DNA of 64,000 nucleotides from Vulcanimicrobiota bacterium (GCA_964658225.1 CAZZYH010000003.1:491-64490), one strand, 5' to 3'; shown: positions 1 through 11,219, numbered from the stretch's first letter. Notes: generated by a model from the sequence alone, not told the origin. Numbers and translations: made by a program.

Positions 1-1456
1 GCGCCTGCGGGGCTCCTGCGACCTGCAGCGCGCCTAGTTCGGGCGCGGCCGGGACGAGCCCTCCCGGGGACGCCGTTGCCGGCTCGCTTCGCCGCTTGGC
101 GTGCCGCGCGGCCAGCGCGGCGTTGATGCCGGCCATCAGTCCCTGGCAGGCTGCCTCCTCGTAGCCCGACGTTCCGTTGATCTGCCCGGCGAGGTAAAGA
201 CCCCGGAACTTCTTTACGCCGAGCGAACGGTCCAGCTCGGTTGGATCGATGGCGTCGTACTCGATGGCGTAGCCGGGCCGGAGCATCTCGGCCTGCTCGA
301 GGCCGGGAATCGAACGGACGATAGCGGCCTGGACCTCCATCGGCAGCGAGGTGGACATGCCGTTGACGTAGACCTCGTGGGTGTCCAGGCCCTCCGGTTC
401 GAGGAAAAACTGGTGGCTCTCCTTATCGGGAAAGCGGACCACCTTGTCTTCGATCGACGGGCAGTAGCGAGGGCCGATCGCCTCGATCGCCCCGGAGTAC
501 ATGGGGGAGCGATGCACATTGTCGCGGATCAGCCGCATGGTCTCGGGCGTGGTGTGGGCGATGTGGCAGGAGATCTGCCGCAGCGGTGGCGCGGTCGTGC
601 GGGCGCTGAACAGGGTCGGGTCCGGATCGCCGGGTTGCTCTTCAAACCGGGACCAGTCGATGGTGCGGCCATCCAGGCGCGGAGGGGTCCCGGTCTTGAG
701 GCGGCAGGAGCGCAGGCCGAGACGCTTCAAAGCTTCGCCCAGCAACACCGACGCGGGTTCGCCGGAGCGGCCCGCCGGGTATTGCTCCTCGCCGCAGTGG
801 ATCAGGCCGTTGAGGAACGTGCCGGTGGTCACGATGGTCGAGAGGGCGCCGATGATGCGGCCGTCGCGGAGCTTTAGGCCGCAAACCACCGGCGCCTGGG
901 TCAGAAGGCCCTGCCGCGCCGGGGCAGGACCATCCGCAGGCCCTTGGTTTGCGTCCGGCAGGGCACCGTCCCGTTCGCGGCCCTGCGGATGGGCGCGGCC
1001 ATCGCTTTGTCCCTGGTCGCGGTGGCGATCCTTCCCGGTCGCCTCGGCAGCATCGGCAAAGTCAGCAAAGAGGAGGTCGACTACCTCGGCCTGCCTGATG
1101 TGCAGGTTGGGCTCGTTCTCGAGCAGCCGCCGCATGGCCACGCGGTAGAGGGCCTTGTCGCACTGGGCGCGGGGGCTCCAGACGGCCGGTCCGCGCGAGG
1201 TATTGAGCAGACGAAACTGGATCCCGACGGAGTCGGCTACCTCGCCCATGATGCCGCCGAGGGCGTCGATCTCGCGGACCAGGTGCCCCTTGGCGATGCC
1301 TCCGATGGCAGGATTGCAGGACATCTGCGCCATCAGGTCGAGGTTGAGCGTGAACAGGGCGGTGCGGAGGCCCATGCGCGCCGAGGCCACGGCAGCCTCG
1401 CAACCGGCGTGGCCGGCCCCGACGACGGCTACATCGTACTGTTCGGTGTAGGTCAT
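1..1456 (-). CDS. mnmG: tRNA uridine 5-carboxymethylaminomethyl modification enzyme MnmG/GidA. Its C-terminus runs off the left edge of the window.
   Basis: I translated the minus strand from the ATG at 1456..1454. Motifs: [22 protein letters not shown] (FAD GxGxxG), [38 protein letters not shown]. It is absent from the ORF track because no stop codon lies inside the window. Confidence 0.93.
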   Translation of the reverse strand, partial: MTYTEQYDVAVVGAGHAGCEAAVASARMGLRTALFTLNLDLMAQMSCNPAIGGIAKGHLVREIDALGGIMGEVADSVGIQFRLLNTSRGPAVWSPRAQCDKALYRVAMRRLLENEPNLHIRQAEVVDLLFADFADAAEATGKDRHRDQGQSDGRAHPQGRERDGALPDANQGPADGPAPARQGLLTQAPVVCGLKLRDGRIIGALSTIVTTGTFLNGLIHCGEEQYPAGRSGEPASVLLGEALKRLGLRSCRLKTGTPPRLDGRTIDWSRFEEQPGDPDPTLFSARTTAPPLRQISCHIAHTTPETMRLIRDNVHRSPMYSGAIEAIGPRYCPSIEDKVVRFPDKESHQFFLEPEGLDTHEVYVNGMSTSLPMEVQAAIVRSIPGLEQAEMLRPGYAIEYDAIDPTELDRSLGVKKFRGLYLAGQINGTSGYEEAACQGLMAGINAALAARHAKRRSEPATASPGGLVPAAPELGALQVAGAPQA

Positions 1457-1542
1457 GGACGTCCCTCCTACATTGTAAGCAATGGCGTCTTTGCGCCGCG
1501 CCCTGAGGTGCGATGCCGGCCTGCCGGTACAATCAGAAGTCG

Positions 1543-2463
1543 ATGCCAAGCCAACCGATGCTGGTGGTGCACGGCGGCGCCTGGGCGATTCCTGATGCGC
1601 TGCGCGCGGCGCACGAGCGGGGTGTCCGCGCGGCGCTGGTCGCCGGTTCTGCTCTGCTGATGCGCGGCGCCTCCTCGCTCGATGCCGTCGAAGCGGCCAT
1701 TGCCGTGCTCGAGGACGACGAGACCTTTGACGCCGGGCGCGGCGCCTTTCTCACCCGCGATGGGCGGGTGCAGCTGGATGCGCTGCTGATGGATGGAGCG
1801 ACGCTGCGTGCCGGCGGGGTGGCCTGCGTGGAGCGGCTGCGCAATCCGATCCGCGCGGCCCGGCTGGTGCTTGAGCAGAGCCCGCATGTCTACTTTGTGG
1901 CCGAGGGGGCGGAGGCCTTTGTCGCCTCGCTCGGCATGCCGCTGATCGAGAACAGCGAACTGGTGGTCGAGCGCGAGCGGATGCACCTGGCCGAGGCGCA
2001 GCGCAAGGCGCAGGCCGGACTCCCGGACCTTACCTTTGCCGGCCCGGGTCTTGCTTCGCATGACACCGTCGGAGCGATCGCGCTCGACACGCAGGGCAAC
2101 CTGGCCGCGGGCACCTCAACCGGCGGAACGCTGAACAAGACGCCGGGTCGGGTAGGCGACTCCTCTCTGATCGGCTGCGGCTGCTATGCCGACAGCGCGA
2201 GCGCAGCCACCTCGCTCACGGGGTGGGGAGAGCCGATCATGAAACTGGTCCTGGGCAAGTGGGCGGTGGACCGGGTAGCCGGCGGGGAGACGCCGGAAGC
2301 AGCGGCCGGGGCGGCGATCCGTCATCTGCAGGACCGGCTCGGCGGCCATGGAGGCATCATCCTGCTGGGCCCGGATGGCCGTGTGGGCATTGCGCACAAC
2401 ACGCCGGCCATGGCGTGGGGGGTGGCCGATGCGGGTGGGCTGCGCACCGGGCTGCGCGCCTGA
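1543..2463 (+). CDS. Isoaspartyl peptidase / L-asparaginase (Ntn hydrolase family)
   Basis: ORF 1513..2463. Motifs: VVHGGAW, the autoprocessing/nucleophile motif [10 protein letters not shown], and [13 protein letters not shown] chose the internal ATG at 1543 ([12 protein letters not shown]), so the start is uncertain by 10 codons. Confidence 0.85.
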   Translation: MPSQPMLVVHGGAWAIPDALRAAHERGVRAALVAGSALLMRGASSLDAVEAAIAVLEDDETFDAGRGAFLTRDGRVQLDALLMDGATLRAGGVACVERLRNPIRAARLVLEQSPHVYFVAEGAEAFVASLGMPLIENSELVVERERMHLAEAQRKAQAGLPDLTFAGPGLASHDTVGAIALDTQGNLAAGTSTGGTLNKTPGRVGDSSLIGCGCYADSASAATSLTGWGEPIMKLVLGKWAVDRVAGGETPEAAAGAAIRHLQDRLGGHGGIILLGPDGRVGIAHNTPAMAWGVADAGGLRTGLRA

Positions 2464-2566
2464 GTGCACTGCCGGCGCGCGCAGCCCGCTGCCCGGGGCG
2501 AGAATGCAGCCCGCTGAATGACGCGTGAACCTTTCGCAAAAAATCTGGACGGAGTTCGTTGCCATA

Positions 2567-3157
2567 ATGCTCGTTCTTGCTTCTGCCTCGCCACGCCGGC
2601 ACGACCTGCTCAAGCAGGCTGGTTTTTCGTTCTCGATCCAGGCCGCCTCGCTGGTCGAGGAGCAGCGCCCTTTCGAGGACCCGGTCGCCTATGCGCTCCG
2701 CCTGGCCCGAGAGAAGGCCGAGGCGGTCTTCGCAACCATCAGCGCGCGCCTGGCCCCGGTCGAGAGGGAAAGCCTGCTGGTGCTCGGCGCGGACACCGTG
2801 GATCTCGCGCCCGACGGCTCCACCCTGGGCAAGCCGGCCGATGCCGAAGACGCGGCCCGCATGCTGGCCCTTCTGGCGGGCGCGACCCACCGGGTCATTA
2901 CCGGGGTGTGCCTCCAGTCCCGGGATCGTACAGAGGCAGCGGCCGAGCTCACCTACGTCACCATGCTGGCCCTCTCCGCGCGGGAGATTGCCGACTACGT
3001 CGCCCTCGGCGAGCCTTTTGGCAAAGCCGGAGCCTACGCGATCCAAGGCTATGCTGCTCGCTGGGTGCCGCGCGTCCATGGCTGCTACTTCAACGTGGTG
3101 GGCTTGCCTGTATCGCTGGTCACCTCCATGCTCCATTCCGCCGGGTGCCTGCACTAG
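2567..3157 (+). CDS. maf: Maf-like nucleoside triphosphate pyrophosphatase (septum formation protein Maf)
   Basis: ORF 2525..3157. Motifs: MLVLASASPRR, LGKP...A..ML..L.G..H.V.TGV, AGAYAIQG. The start is placed at the ATG preceding LASASPRR. Confidence 0.85.
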   Translation: MLVLASASPRRHDLLKQAGFSFSIQAASLVEEQRPFEDPVAYALRLAREKAEAVFATISARLAPVERESLLVLGADTVDLAPDGSTLGKPADAEDAARMLALLAGATHRVITGVCLQSRDRTEAAAELTYVTMLALSAREIADYVALGEPFGKAGAYAIQGYAARWVPRVHGCYFNVVGLPVSLVTSMLHSAGCLH

Positions 3158-3366
3158 GAGAAGGAACCGCGCCCGAGCGGGCTTGCCAGCACGTAATCAA
3201 GGAGATACGTTCGCGCCTGATGGGTGATTTCTCTTTTGAGTGTGGCAAAACTGCAACACACGGAAGCGGGATGGCGGCGTTACTCTGTCGTCTGGGAGTT
3301 GGAGTTAACGCTGCCTTAAGGTCTGCCTGGCAGCACAGAAGAGCCAACTAGCCCCAGGCGGGATCG

Positions 3367-4272
3367 TTGCAGGAAGCTGGATTTTACGAGCAGACCATTG
3401 CTGCCCCTCTTGCCTTTTCCGGCATAGGGCTTCATAGCGGGGCTCCCGTATCGATGCGTATGCTCCCCGCGACCGCGGGATCGGGCATCGTGTTTCGCCG
3501 GACCGACCTGGACAACTTCGAGATCCCGGCCACGGGCCGCAATGTCGCCAAGGTGAGTTACGCGACCAGCCTGATGCGGCAGGGCGTGCTGATCTCGACC
3601 ACCGAGCACCTGCTCTCGGCCTGCATCGGCATGGGGGTAGACAACGTCATCATCGAGCTGGACAATCTGGAGCTGCCGATCCTCGACGGCTCGGCCCGTC
3701 CCTACGTGGAAGAGTTCTTGCGGGCCGGGCTGAAGGTCCAGCGCCGCCGGCGAGAGTACCTGCGCATCCTCAAGCCGGTCGAAGTGCGGGAAGGAAACAA
3801 GTTTATCGGGGTCTACCCCGGCGCGGGATACAGTATCTCCTACCAGATCGACTTCGCCCGGCCAATCGGCCGGCAGGGATTTTCCGTCGACCTGGCCAGT
3901 CGCAGCTACGACAAGGAGATCGCATCGGCGCGCACCTTCGGCTTCAAGGAAGACGAGCAGAAGCTGCGGGATATGGGGCTGATCCGCGGGGTTTCTGATC
4001 AGAGCGCCATCATCGTCACGCGGCACGGTGTGCAAAACGGACCCTTGCGCTTTGAAGATGAGTTTGTTCGCCACAAGGTCCTCGACCTGATCGGCGACCT
4101 GGCCCTGGTAGGGCACCAGATCCTGGGGCGGGTGGTAGCCGAGAGGGCCGGCCATGCGATGCATACGGCGCTGGTGTCGCGTCTGCTGAAGGATCGCTCG
4201 GCTTGTACGCTGGTGACGATGGCGCCGGCCAAGGTGACTCGCGGGCTAGCGGTTCAGTTAGCTACGGCGTAG
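3367..4272 (+). CDS. lpxC: UDP-3-O-acyl-N-acetylglucosamine deacetylase
   Basis: Motifs: GIGLHSG, IVFRRTDL, TTEHLLSA, LPILDGSA, HKVLDLIGDL, GHAMH. TTG start at 3367; there is no in-frame ATG near the conserved N-terminus. Confidence 0.9.
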   Translation: MQEAGFYEQTIAAPLAFSGIGLHSGAPVSMRMLPATAGSGIVFRRTDLDNFEIPATGRNVAKVSYATSLMRQGVLISTTEHLLSACIGMGVDNVIIELDNLELPILDGSARPYVEEFLRAGLKVQRRRREYLRILKPVEVREGNKFIGVYPGAGYSISYQIDFARPIGRQGFSVDLASRSYDKEIASARTFGFKEDEQKLRDMGLIRGVSDQSAIIVTRHGVQNGPLRFEDEFVRHKVLDLIGDLALVGHQILGRVVAERAGHAMHTALVSRLLKDRSACTLVTMAPAKVTRGLAVQLATA

Positions 4273-4336
4273 GGTCGCCTCCGCGCCTCACGAGCCTCCC
4301 ACCACGGTTCCTTGCCGGCAGGGCTACCGCGCGGTC

Positions 4337-7309
4337 TTATTGCTCCACCCGGTGGAGAACCACGGGAGTGCTGCTTGGAAAGCGCTGGTTGGGATTTCTG
4401 GAAGGGTCTGAGCCGTCGGGCGGGGGTCCGATAGCAGGCCGCGCACCCTTGGGCGCTGGTGGCTGCGAGAGGTCAAAGCCAAGCTGGACGGTGCGCTGCA
4501 GCTCGATCTGGTCTCCTTCGATGGTGCCGGAGTAGGTATTGTTCCCCGCCTTGAAGAAGACGCTGCGGCCATCGACCTTGCCGTCCGTAATCGGGATGGC
4601 CGCGTCGCTTCCGCCGAAGAACCCTCCGCCCCCGCCTTCCATCGTCCCGGTCAGCGCGCCGCCATCCTGGTGAAGCGTAAAGACCATGGCGCCGTCGCCG
4701 GCAAACAAGGCGAGCAACCCGGTGGCCCCGCCCGATCCCACGATCGGCCTCCACAGCCCGGTGAGCCCCGGGCCGGCAGGCACCTCACGCCTCCAGGCAG
4801 GCACCTGGGGGCGGAGCGCGGTCTGCTTTGTCGCGATGGTGACAGCGGCCGAGGTAAGCCCCGGAGACGACGCCTCCACGCTGAGGTTGCCCGCCACCTT
4901 GCCGGATTGCACGATCGCCAGGCAGTAGCCGCAGAACGCCTTGCGCACGGCTCCTCGGTCCGATGCGTGATCGGTAGGGTCGCCATTGCCGACACCGATC
5001 AGTTTGCCGGCGCCGCCCACGCGGAACTTCACAACATTGTCCGTGACGGGTACGACGCGGCCTTGCGCATCCTGCACCTCGACCGAAAGCATGGCCACAT
5101 CCTCGCCGTCGGCGCAGAGTTCCCGGCGGTCTGCGCGCATCACCAGCCTGGCGGCAGCAGTGGTGGTTTCTCGCTTTTTCGTCAGCACCACCCGGCCGCC
5201 CTTGGAGCCTCGCGCTTCGAGCGAGCCCGGGGTATAAGCCACCACCCAGAACAGGTGAGAGTCTTTCTTCACAGCCTTCGCGCCCAGGCTCTTGCCGTTG
5301 AGCAACAGTTCGACGCTTTCCAGATTGGCATAGACCCAGACGGCAATCTCCTGCCCCTCCATCCCCTCCCAGTTCCAGTGCGGAAACAGGTGCAGGACCG
5401 GCTGCTCGGTCCACCAGGACTGGTAGTAGAAGAAGGAATCCTTCGGGAAGCCGCAGGTGTCGAGGATGCCGTACTGCGAGCTGATATTGGGCCAGCCGTT
5501 CGGCGAGGGCTCGCCGCGATAGTCAAAGCCGGTCCACACGAAGCCGCCGGCGAGCCACTCTCTGGAGTTGCAAAAGCTCCACCATCCCTCGGCCGAGGCG
5601 CGGCCCGTGGTCGTGTACGGATCGTAGCTGCCGACATAGCCTTGTTCAAAATCGGTTCGATAGATGCCACGCGTGCCCACCGCGCTGACCGTCTCGGTGC
5701 CGATCACGGGTTTGTCCGGATGAGCCTTGTGGTAGGCCTCCGCTTCGGGGTCCATGTAGTTGTAGCCCATCACATCGCACTCGACCAGGCCGCCCACGCC
5801 GATCGCGCGAATGGGAGCAATCGATACCGGCCGGGTGCCATCGTGCAGGGTGGCGACGGCTTTCATCGCGGTGAGAATGTGCAGGCCGGTCTCGGTGTTC
5901 GCCTGGCCTTCCTCATTGCCCATCGACCACATGAAGACGCTCGGATGGTTGCGGTCGCGGCGCACCAGGTCGCCGAACTGGGCCAGGCCCTCAGGATTGG
6001 ACGACATCATGCGCGTCTCATCAAAGACCAGGATGCCGAGCTCGTCGCAGGCATGCAGCAGCTCGGTCGTGGGAGGATTATGCGAGGTGCGTATCGCGTT
6101 ACAGCCCATCTCCTGCAGTCTGCGGATGCGATAGGTATGCACCGCGTCCGGCAACGCCGTGCCCAGCCCGGCGTGGTCCTGGTGATTGCAGGTCCCCTTG
6201 ACCTTGACGGACTGGCCGTTGAGAAAGAACCCCTTCTCGGGATCGAACTCGAGGGTGCGTATGCCGAACGGGGTTTCAGAGCGATCGACCGTCTGGCCCG
6301 CCGTACTGACCTCGGTGACAAGCCGGTAGAGATTGCGCTGCTCGAGCGACCAGAGCAGCGGACCTTTGAGCGTGGCTGCCTGCGCGCAGGTTTGCTCATC
6401 CGCGGCTGCGATCGGGAGCAGAGCCGAGGACACCTGGGCGACGACTTTTCCGGCGGGGTCAAGAATGGTTGCGCTCACCCGTACCTTGCGCGCTTCTCTG
6501 CCCAGATTTTCTACCTCGGTGCGGATCGCAAGCCTCGCCTCGCCGTTCCTGACCTCCGCGGAGACGAAGCTGCCCCACTGCTTGACCCGCACAGGGTTCG
6601 TCTTTACCAGCCAAAGATGCCGATAGATCCCGGCGCCTTCATAAAACCAGCCGTCACTGAGGGAGGCGTCGACGCGGATCAGCAAGACATTGCGCTGGCC
6701 GGGGTACACGAAGTCGGTTACATCGAAGTGAAATGGATCGTAGCCGCCGCTGTGCACGCCGATGTAAAAACCATTGAAGACGACCATCGTCTCGCGGTAC
6801 GCACCATCGAATTCGAGCGTGAACCGCCGGCCCCGGTCGGCGGCAGGGATTTCAAAAACGCGGCGGTACCAGCCTACGCTGGTCTCCGGATAATTCCGCC
6901 CCAGGGGATAAAAGCCCTTGCTGGACAAGGCAGGATCGTTGGTAAAGGGGAGCTCGATGGCCCAGTCGTGGGGCAGGTCGAGCTCGCGCCAGTCGCTGTC
7001 ATCAAAGGCCGGTGAACTGGCAGCGATGAAATTGCCCGTCTTCTGAAAGTTGCCCGACCTTCCCCCGCCGTAGCCCATATCCTTGGCGGGATCGTGGGCA
7101 TGGCCGAAGTGGAAGCGCCATCCGAAGTCGAGCAGCAAACGATCGCGGCCCACGCCGGCCGGGGTCGGTCTTTCCGCCGGCTCTAGAGCTTCATGCTCCT
7201 CCGCATGCACAGAAGCCGCGGACCCGACCGGCCCCAGTCCCTGGACCGCCACCGCTGCGGGTGCAAGCAAACCGGCTTTCAGCACATCCCGCCGCGATAG
7301 CTCCTTCAT
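4337..7309 (-). CDS. Glycoside hydrolase family 2 (beta-galactosidase / beta-glucuronidase / exo-glucosaminidase type), TAT-exported, with an extra C-terminal domain of about 170 aa
   Basis: ORF 4337..7429. Twin-arginine signal MKELSRRDVLKAG starts at the ATG at 7309. GH2 acid/base region NHPSVFMWSMGNEEG. The sugar-binding, Ig-like and TIM-barrel domain order is recognisable. Substrate is not determinable from sequence alone. Confidence 0.85.
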   Translation of the reverse strand: MKELSRRDVLKAGLLAPAAVAVQGLGPVGSAASVHAEEHEALEPAERPTPAGVGRDRLLLDFGWRFHFGHAHDPAKDMGYGGGRSGNFQKTGNFIAASSPAFDDSDWRELDLPHDWAIELPFTNDPALSSKGFYPLGRNYPETSVGWYRRVFEIPAADRGRRFTLEFDGAYRETMVVFNGFYIGVHSGGYDPFHFDVTDFVYPGQRNVLLIRVDASLSDGWFYEGAGIYRHLWLVKTNPVRVKQWGSFVSAEVRNGEARLAIRTEVENLGREARKVRVSATILDPAGKVVAQVSSALLPIAAADEQTCAQAATLKGPLLWSLEQRNLYRLVTEVSTAGQTVDRSETPFGIRTLEFDPEKGFFLNGQSVKVKGTCNHQDHAGLGTALPDAVHTYRIRRLQEMGCNAIRTSHNPPTTELLHACDELGILVFDETRMMSSNPEGLAQFGDLVRRDRNHPSVFMWSMGNEEGQANTETGLHILTAMKAVATLHDGTRPVSIAPIRAIGVGGLVECDVMGYNYMDPEAEAYHKAHPDKPVIGTETVSAVGTRGIYRTDFEQGYVGSYDPYTTTGRASAEGWWSFCNSREWLAGGFVWTGFDYRGEPSPNGWPNISSQYGILDTCGFPKDSFFYYQSWWTEQPVLHLFPHWNWEGMEGQEIAVWVYANLESVELLLNGKSLGAKAVKKDSHLFWVVAYTPGSLEARGSKGGRVVLTKKRETTTAAARLVMRADRRELCADGEDVAMLSVEVQDAQGRVVPVTDNVVKFRVGGAGKLIGVGNGDPTDHASDRGAVRKAFCGYCLAIVQSGKVAGNLSVEASSPGLTSAAVTIATKQTALRPQVPAWRREVPAGPGLTGLWRPIVGSGGATGLLALFAGDGAMVFTLHQDGGALTGTMEGGGGGFFGGSDAAIPITDGKVDGRSVFFKAGNNTYSGTIEGDQIELQRTVQLGFDLSQPPAPKGARPAIGPPPDGSDPSRNPNQRFPSSTPVVLHRVEQ

Positions 7310-7629
7310 CGACCCTCTCCCCCGTAACTCGGACCCGGGCTCAGACGGCTCCGCGCCAACTCGGCGGGGACGCACGCGCCGCATCGAAAACGACGCCGAG
7401 TATAACCCCGCAGCGTGTCGATACACCATCCCTGCAGACAGCGCTGCGCCCTATCCCTGCTGTGGGCCCGCACAGCGTAGACCGCGCGTTGCCCGGCCTC
7501 CGGCAGCGCGGAGAGGCGCAGGAGGTTGTCGGACCGATCCCCAACGTTGCAGATCGGAAGCGGGATCGACTCCGAGCGCAATGGCATCGCGCATGGCGGC
7601 CCGCCCCGGCGGGAGCGGGCGCGCCACGC

Positions 7630-9549
7630 CTAGCACCGCTTGCAGGCGGGCGCGCCGCTTTGCGCTGCTGACGGGGGAACATCATTGGCGGGGTTCTTGT
7701 CGAAGAAGCCGTTTGGCTTCAGCAGGAACCCGATGTACGCCGTCGGCATGACCGGAGCGTCTTCCGGGCGCGGGATATGTGTGTGCCCGAAGGTGTACCA
7801 GAAAACCACGTCTGTATTTTCGATCGGACGGTCCGACGCAATCCACCGGGGCAATCCATCGCCGCCCGCGCTCTGATTGGGGTAGTCGCCTGCTGCATAG
7901 CGCTCATCGGGATGAAAGGGCGTAACCCAGACATGGTGATCCACAAAGCCGGCGCGCTTGCGCCACCAGGCCTGCTTTGAGGCAAACGGTATCGCGTTGT
8001 CACCGGCCAGGAACTTATAGCCGACGGGCTCGCCAAGCGCATTTGTAACAGATGGATTGACAAACTTCCAGGCCCTTCCGGTCTCCAGAGAAAGATGTGC
8101 GCAGGCCTCGGATTCGGTCCTGAGCGGCGTTGCCTCGACGTGGAACGCGTTCATGAAAGGATTGTTTTGATCAAGCGCATCGGCGACCACATCCAGCCGC
8201 TGTACCGTGTTGTGCCGGCCATCGATGCCTACGTCGAGCCGCATGTTGAAGAAGTGCTGGTGATTGGGCGCATAGAGCAGCGGCGCGACCATCGCTCCGT
8301 GGATGAGCTTTTCACCCTCGCGGGCCGCGCCGAGCGAAAGGATGCCGGTCAACTTGATCTCAAAACCGATGTTGCCATCCTGGTAGAAATACCAGAAAAA
8401 ACCGTACTCGTAGTTCTCCACCGTTGAGACTGAAGAGACCACGAGCCGCCGGGAACGGCGTACCTCCGGCGCATCGGCCAGGCGCCGGTCGGTGTGTTTC
8501 CACAGGATCCCGTAGTCCTCTTCGTGAACGCAGATCGCATTTTCGATGCGGAGCGGGCCGCCCCGGCTGTCGCATAAGTGGGCGTCCAGATATTCGATGT
8601 GGCCGAGACAATCGCAGCCCAGCCGCAGGCTGTTCGCGCACATGCCCATTCCATACTCACCCACGTCAAAGGCATTCTTCCTGGCCTGGGTCGGCCGCGG
8701 ATCCCCGTAGGGCACAACCATTTCGGTAAGGGAGGCTCGGTAGAGAATCGGCCGGGTGCGGCCCTGGTCGACATAGCGCACATCCTGGATCGTCAAACCT
8801 TCGCGCGCGTTAAAGCCGATGAGAAACTCCCATTTCTGCCAGGCGATGTGGTGCCCGTTGAGAGTGAAGCTGGGGCCTGCGGGCTGCGTAATCAACAAAG
8901 GCTTGATGCTGTCGCGGAACTCCGCGACCCGGGCGGCGGCGTAGTCTGCCGGCAACGGAGGCAGGGGCCACTGGCCGTACTCCTCCACGCGGATCACTTG
9001 CATGGAATTGATGTCCACGACCGGGCGAATGCCTTCAATCGGACGCGCGTAGCCGTTGTCGCCGGGCTCGGAGCGTAAAAAGCAAAGCGGCCGTGCGATC
9101 CGGCGCGTCGCATCCTCCTCGCTTCCGTAGTTGCCCGAGCTCCAGATATCGACCATGACCAAGGAAGGATCGCAGACGCCGTAGTGCCGCTCGAGCGCGG
9201 CGCGAAATTCCGGACTTGCAATCACCGCCGCCTCGCACTCCGCCATTTCATCGAGAGAAAAGGTCGGCTGCGCGCCGGCCGGCATCTGCTTCACTACTTC
9301 GGCCCGGCCGGCGGAGAGATCGACCAGCGCGTGGCTCCCGCGATTCTGCTTGTTCTCGAATAGGACCGCTTCCGCCTTCCGCGCCGGGGCCTTGCCCTGT
9401 GGCCACGCGTACACGTCGTCCTTGGGCGGCTCGTGCAGCATAATGCTGATGATGCGGGTATGGGCGGTGAACGAGTCCAGCGTTTTGAGCAGGGCTACGG
9501 CCTCCTCGACTTCGATCGCAGATAGTGGTTCCAACGGATGCAGCGGCAT
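7630..9549 (-). CDS. Copper-containing primary amine oxidase (topaquinone enzyme). No signal peptide.
   Basis: TPQ precursor motif TVENYEY. Copper ligands NHQHFF (HxH) and FGHTHIPRPED. Length of 639 aa is typical of AGAO/TynA-type enzymes. Confidence 0.9.
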   Translation of the reverse strand: MPLHPLEPLSAIEVEEAVALLKTLDSFTAHTRIISIMLHEPPKDDVYAWPQGKAPARKAEAVLFENKQNRGSHALVDLSAGRAEVVKQMPAGAQPTFSLDEMAECEAAVIASPEFRAALERHYGVCDPSLVMVDIWSSGNYGSEEDATRRIARPLCFLRSEPGDNGYARPIEGIRPVVDINSMQVIRVEEYGQWPLPPLPADYAAARVAEFRDSIKPLLITQPAGPSFTLNGHHIAWQKWEFLIGFNAREGLTIQDVRYVDQGRTRPILYRASLTEMVVPYGDPRPTQARKNAFDVGEYGMGMCANSLRLGCDCLGHIEYLDAHLCDSRGGPLRIENAICVHEEDYGILWKHTDRRLADAPEVRRSRRLVVSSVSTVENYEYGFFWYFYQDGNIGFEIKLTGILSLGAAREGEKLIHGAMVAPLLYAPNHQHFFNMRLDVGIDGRHNTVQRLDVVADALDQNNPFMNAFHVEATPLRTESEACAHLSLETGRAWKFVNPSVTNALGEPVGYKFLAGDNAIPFASKQAWWRKRAGFVDHHVWVTPFHPDERYAAGDYPNQSAGGDGLPRWIASDRPIENTDVVFWYTFGHTHIPRPEDAPVMPTAYIGFLLKPNGFFDKNPANDVPPSAAQSGAPACKRC

Positions 9550-9627
9550 GCGAACTACTCCTAGCCTGGTACGAAAGGATCATGTTGCAAGAGCAAGAGA
9601 CCGGCATCGAGCAGTGTGCGAGCCGGT

Positions 9628-11160
9628 TCAGAGGGCCGACCAGGGGGCCCGGTATGGGGGCGCCAGGAAGGCCGACGCGCGTGCAGAGCCGCGAAGCAGC
9701 CGGGCAGTGGCGCTGTCCCACACGAGGGATTCCTGGCTGCGAATGGCGACGTTTCCGAGCATCAGACTTTCGACGATCGGCGCTTCAAAAGTGTAGTTCG
9801 CGCTCGCCGGCGCTGCTCCGCGGCAAGCCTGGATCCACTCCAGGTAATGCTCGGCGCTGGCGGTTGTGGCGCTCGGCCCGAGCTCCGGCCTCAATGCCTG
9901 GAAGGGTAGATCCGGGGGCGTCAGTGCAGGCATGGCAGCCGATAGAGTGCCGTCGGGCGAAAGCAGCCGCGGCGCCTGCGCCATGTATCCGGTCAGCAGT
10001 TTGCCGCCTTCGCCGGTGTAGAGAATTCCTTCTCCGCCAACTCCCATCTCCACATCGCCGGCCAGGCCCGCCGGGCGCTCCGGCTTGATCCCGCCGTCGT
10101 ACCAGTGCAATGCAACGGCAGGCTTGCTGCCCCGCGCCGGGAAGCGGTAGTGCAGTATCGAGGCAACCGGATAGCAGTCCGGAAAGAGCTCTGTGGAGCT
10201 CGCGTACACGCTCTCGGCCGGTCCCAATTCGAGCGCCCGCACGATGGTGTCGAATCCATACTCCCCCATGTCTCCGATCGCACCGCAGCCATAGTCATAC
10301 CAGGCGCGCCAGACAAAGGGCAGATACGCACGACTGTAAGGCCGGTAGGGCGCCGGACCAAGCCACATGTCCCAGTTCAATCCCGCCGGAACGGGCTCAG
10401 TGACGGTCGGCGTAGCGAGCCCCTGCTTCCAGAAGGCTGAGGCGCGGGTGGTCCAGATATCGACCCGGCTGATTGGACCGATCTCGTTGCCCTGGAGCAT
10501 CTTGATGACACGACGCGATTCAGCGGTCTGCGAGTTGAAGATAGAGACCTGCGTGGCTCGACCCGTCTGTTGCGCAACCTGCGCCATTTGCCGGGCTTCC
10601 TCGACGCTATGGGCCATCGGCTTTTGGCTGTAGACGTGCTTGCCGGCGCGCATGGCTGCAATCGAGATCAGCGCATGCCAGTGGTCAGGCGTGCTGACGA
10701 CCACTGCATCGAGATCTTTCTCCTTCACAAGCAGTTCGCGAAAGTCTTCGTAGGCGGAGCATCCAAGATAGCCAGCCTTGCCGGTTTGTTTTGCGTAGAA
10801 GGTATTGGTGATCGATTGCGCAAGGTCGCGGCCGGCGGTAGGGCCGGCGAGCCTGGAGCCCCAGCCTGGGTCCTGGAGCAACAAGCGTACCTTGCCGCGT
10901 AACTCGTTCGGACCCCATTCAAGATAGTCGCTGCTCTGGCGATTGACATCGCATACCGCGACGACCTGCACTTCAGGCATGCGGAGCAGATCGATGAGTA
11001 CGCGCAGGCCCTGGGAGCCGACCCCGATACAGGCGACCGTGAGCTTGTCACCGGGCCTGGTGGCGCGCATAGGGAGAGCACTGCGCGCCGTCAGTAAAGA
11101 CCCGGCAGTGAGTCCTGCGGTGTAAAGAAAGTCACGACGTGTCGGACCTTGCATGTACAT
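9628..11160 (-). CDS. Gfo/Idh/MocA family oxidoreductase, TAT-exported
   Basis: Twin-arginine signal TRRDFLYTAG. Rossmann start VACIGVGSQG. Also AVCDVN and the EKP-like KHVYSQKPM motif typical of the family. Confidence 0.8.
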   Translation of the reverse strand: MYMQGPTRRDFLYTAGLTAGSLLTARSALPMRATRPGDKLTVACIGVGSQGLRVLIDLLRMPEVQVVAVCDVNRQSSDYLEWGPNELRGKVRLLLQDPGWGSRLAGPTAGRDLAQSITNTFYAKQTGKAGYLGCSAYEDFRELLVKEKDLDAVVVSTPDHWHALISIAAMRAGKHVYSQKPMAHSVEEARQMAQVAQQTGRATQVSIFNSQTAESRRVIKMLQGNEIGPISRVDIWTTRASAFWKQGLATPTVTEPVPAGLNWDMWLGPAPYRPYSRAYLPFVWRAWYDYGCGAIGDMGEYGFDTIVRALELGPAESVYASSTELFPDCYPVASILHYRFPARGSKPAVALHWYDGGIKPERPAGLAGDVEMGVGGEGILYTGEGGKLLTGYMAQAPRLLSPDGTLSAAMPALTPPDLPFQALRPELGPSATTASAEHYLEWIQACRGAAPASANYTFEAPIVESLMLGNVAIRSQESLVWDSATARLLRGSARASAFLAPPYRAPWSAL

Positions 11161-11219
11161 ACGTCCTTGTTTGAAGGCACGCTCCCCCCTTGCTTTTCAC
11201 AGGCGGGCACTCCATCAAC

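Noticed and set aside
4670-7015. 781-aa plus-strand ORF, one of the longest in the track
   Set aside because: It is entirely antisense to the GH2 gene, which has clear family motifs. Its translation is Arg/Gly/Ala/His-rich with no recognisable domain. This is a typical shadow ORF in high-GC DNA.
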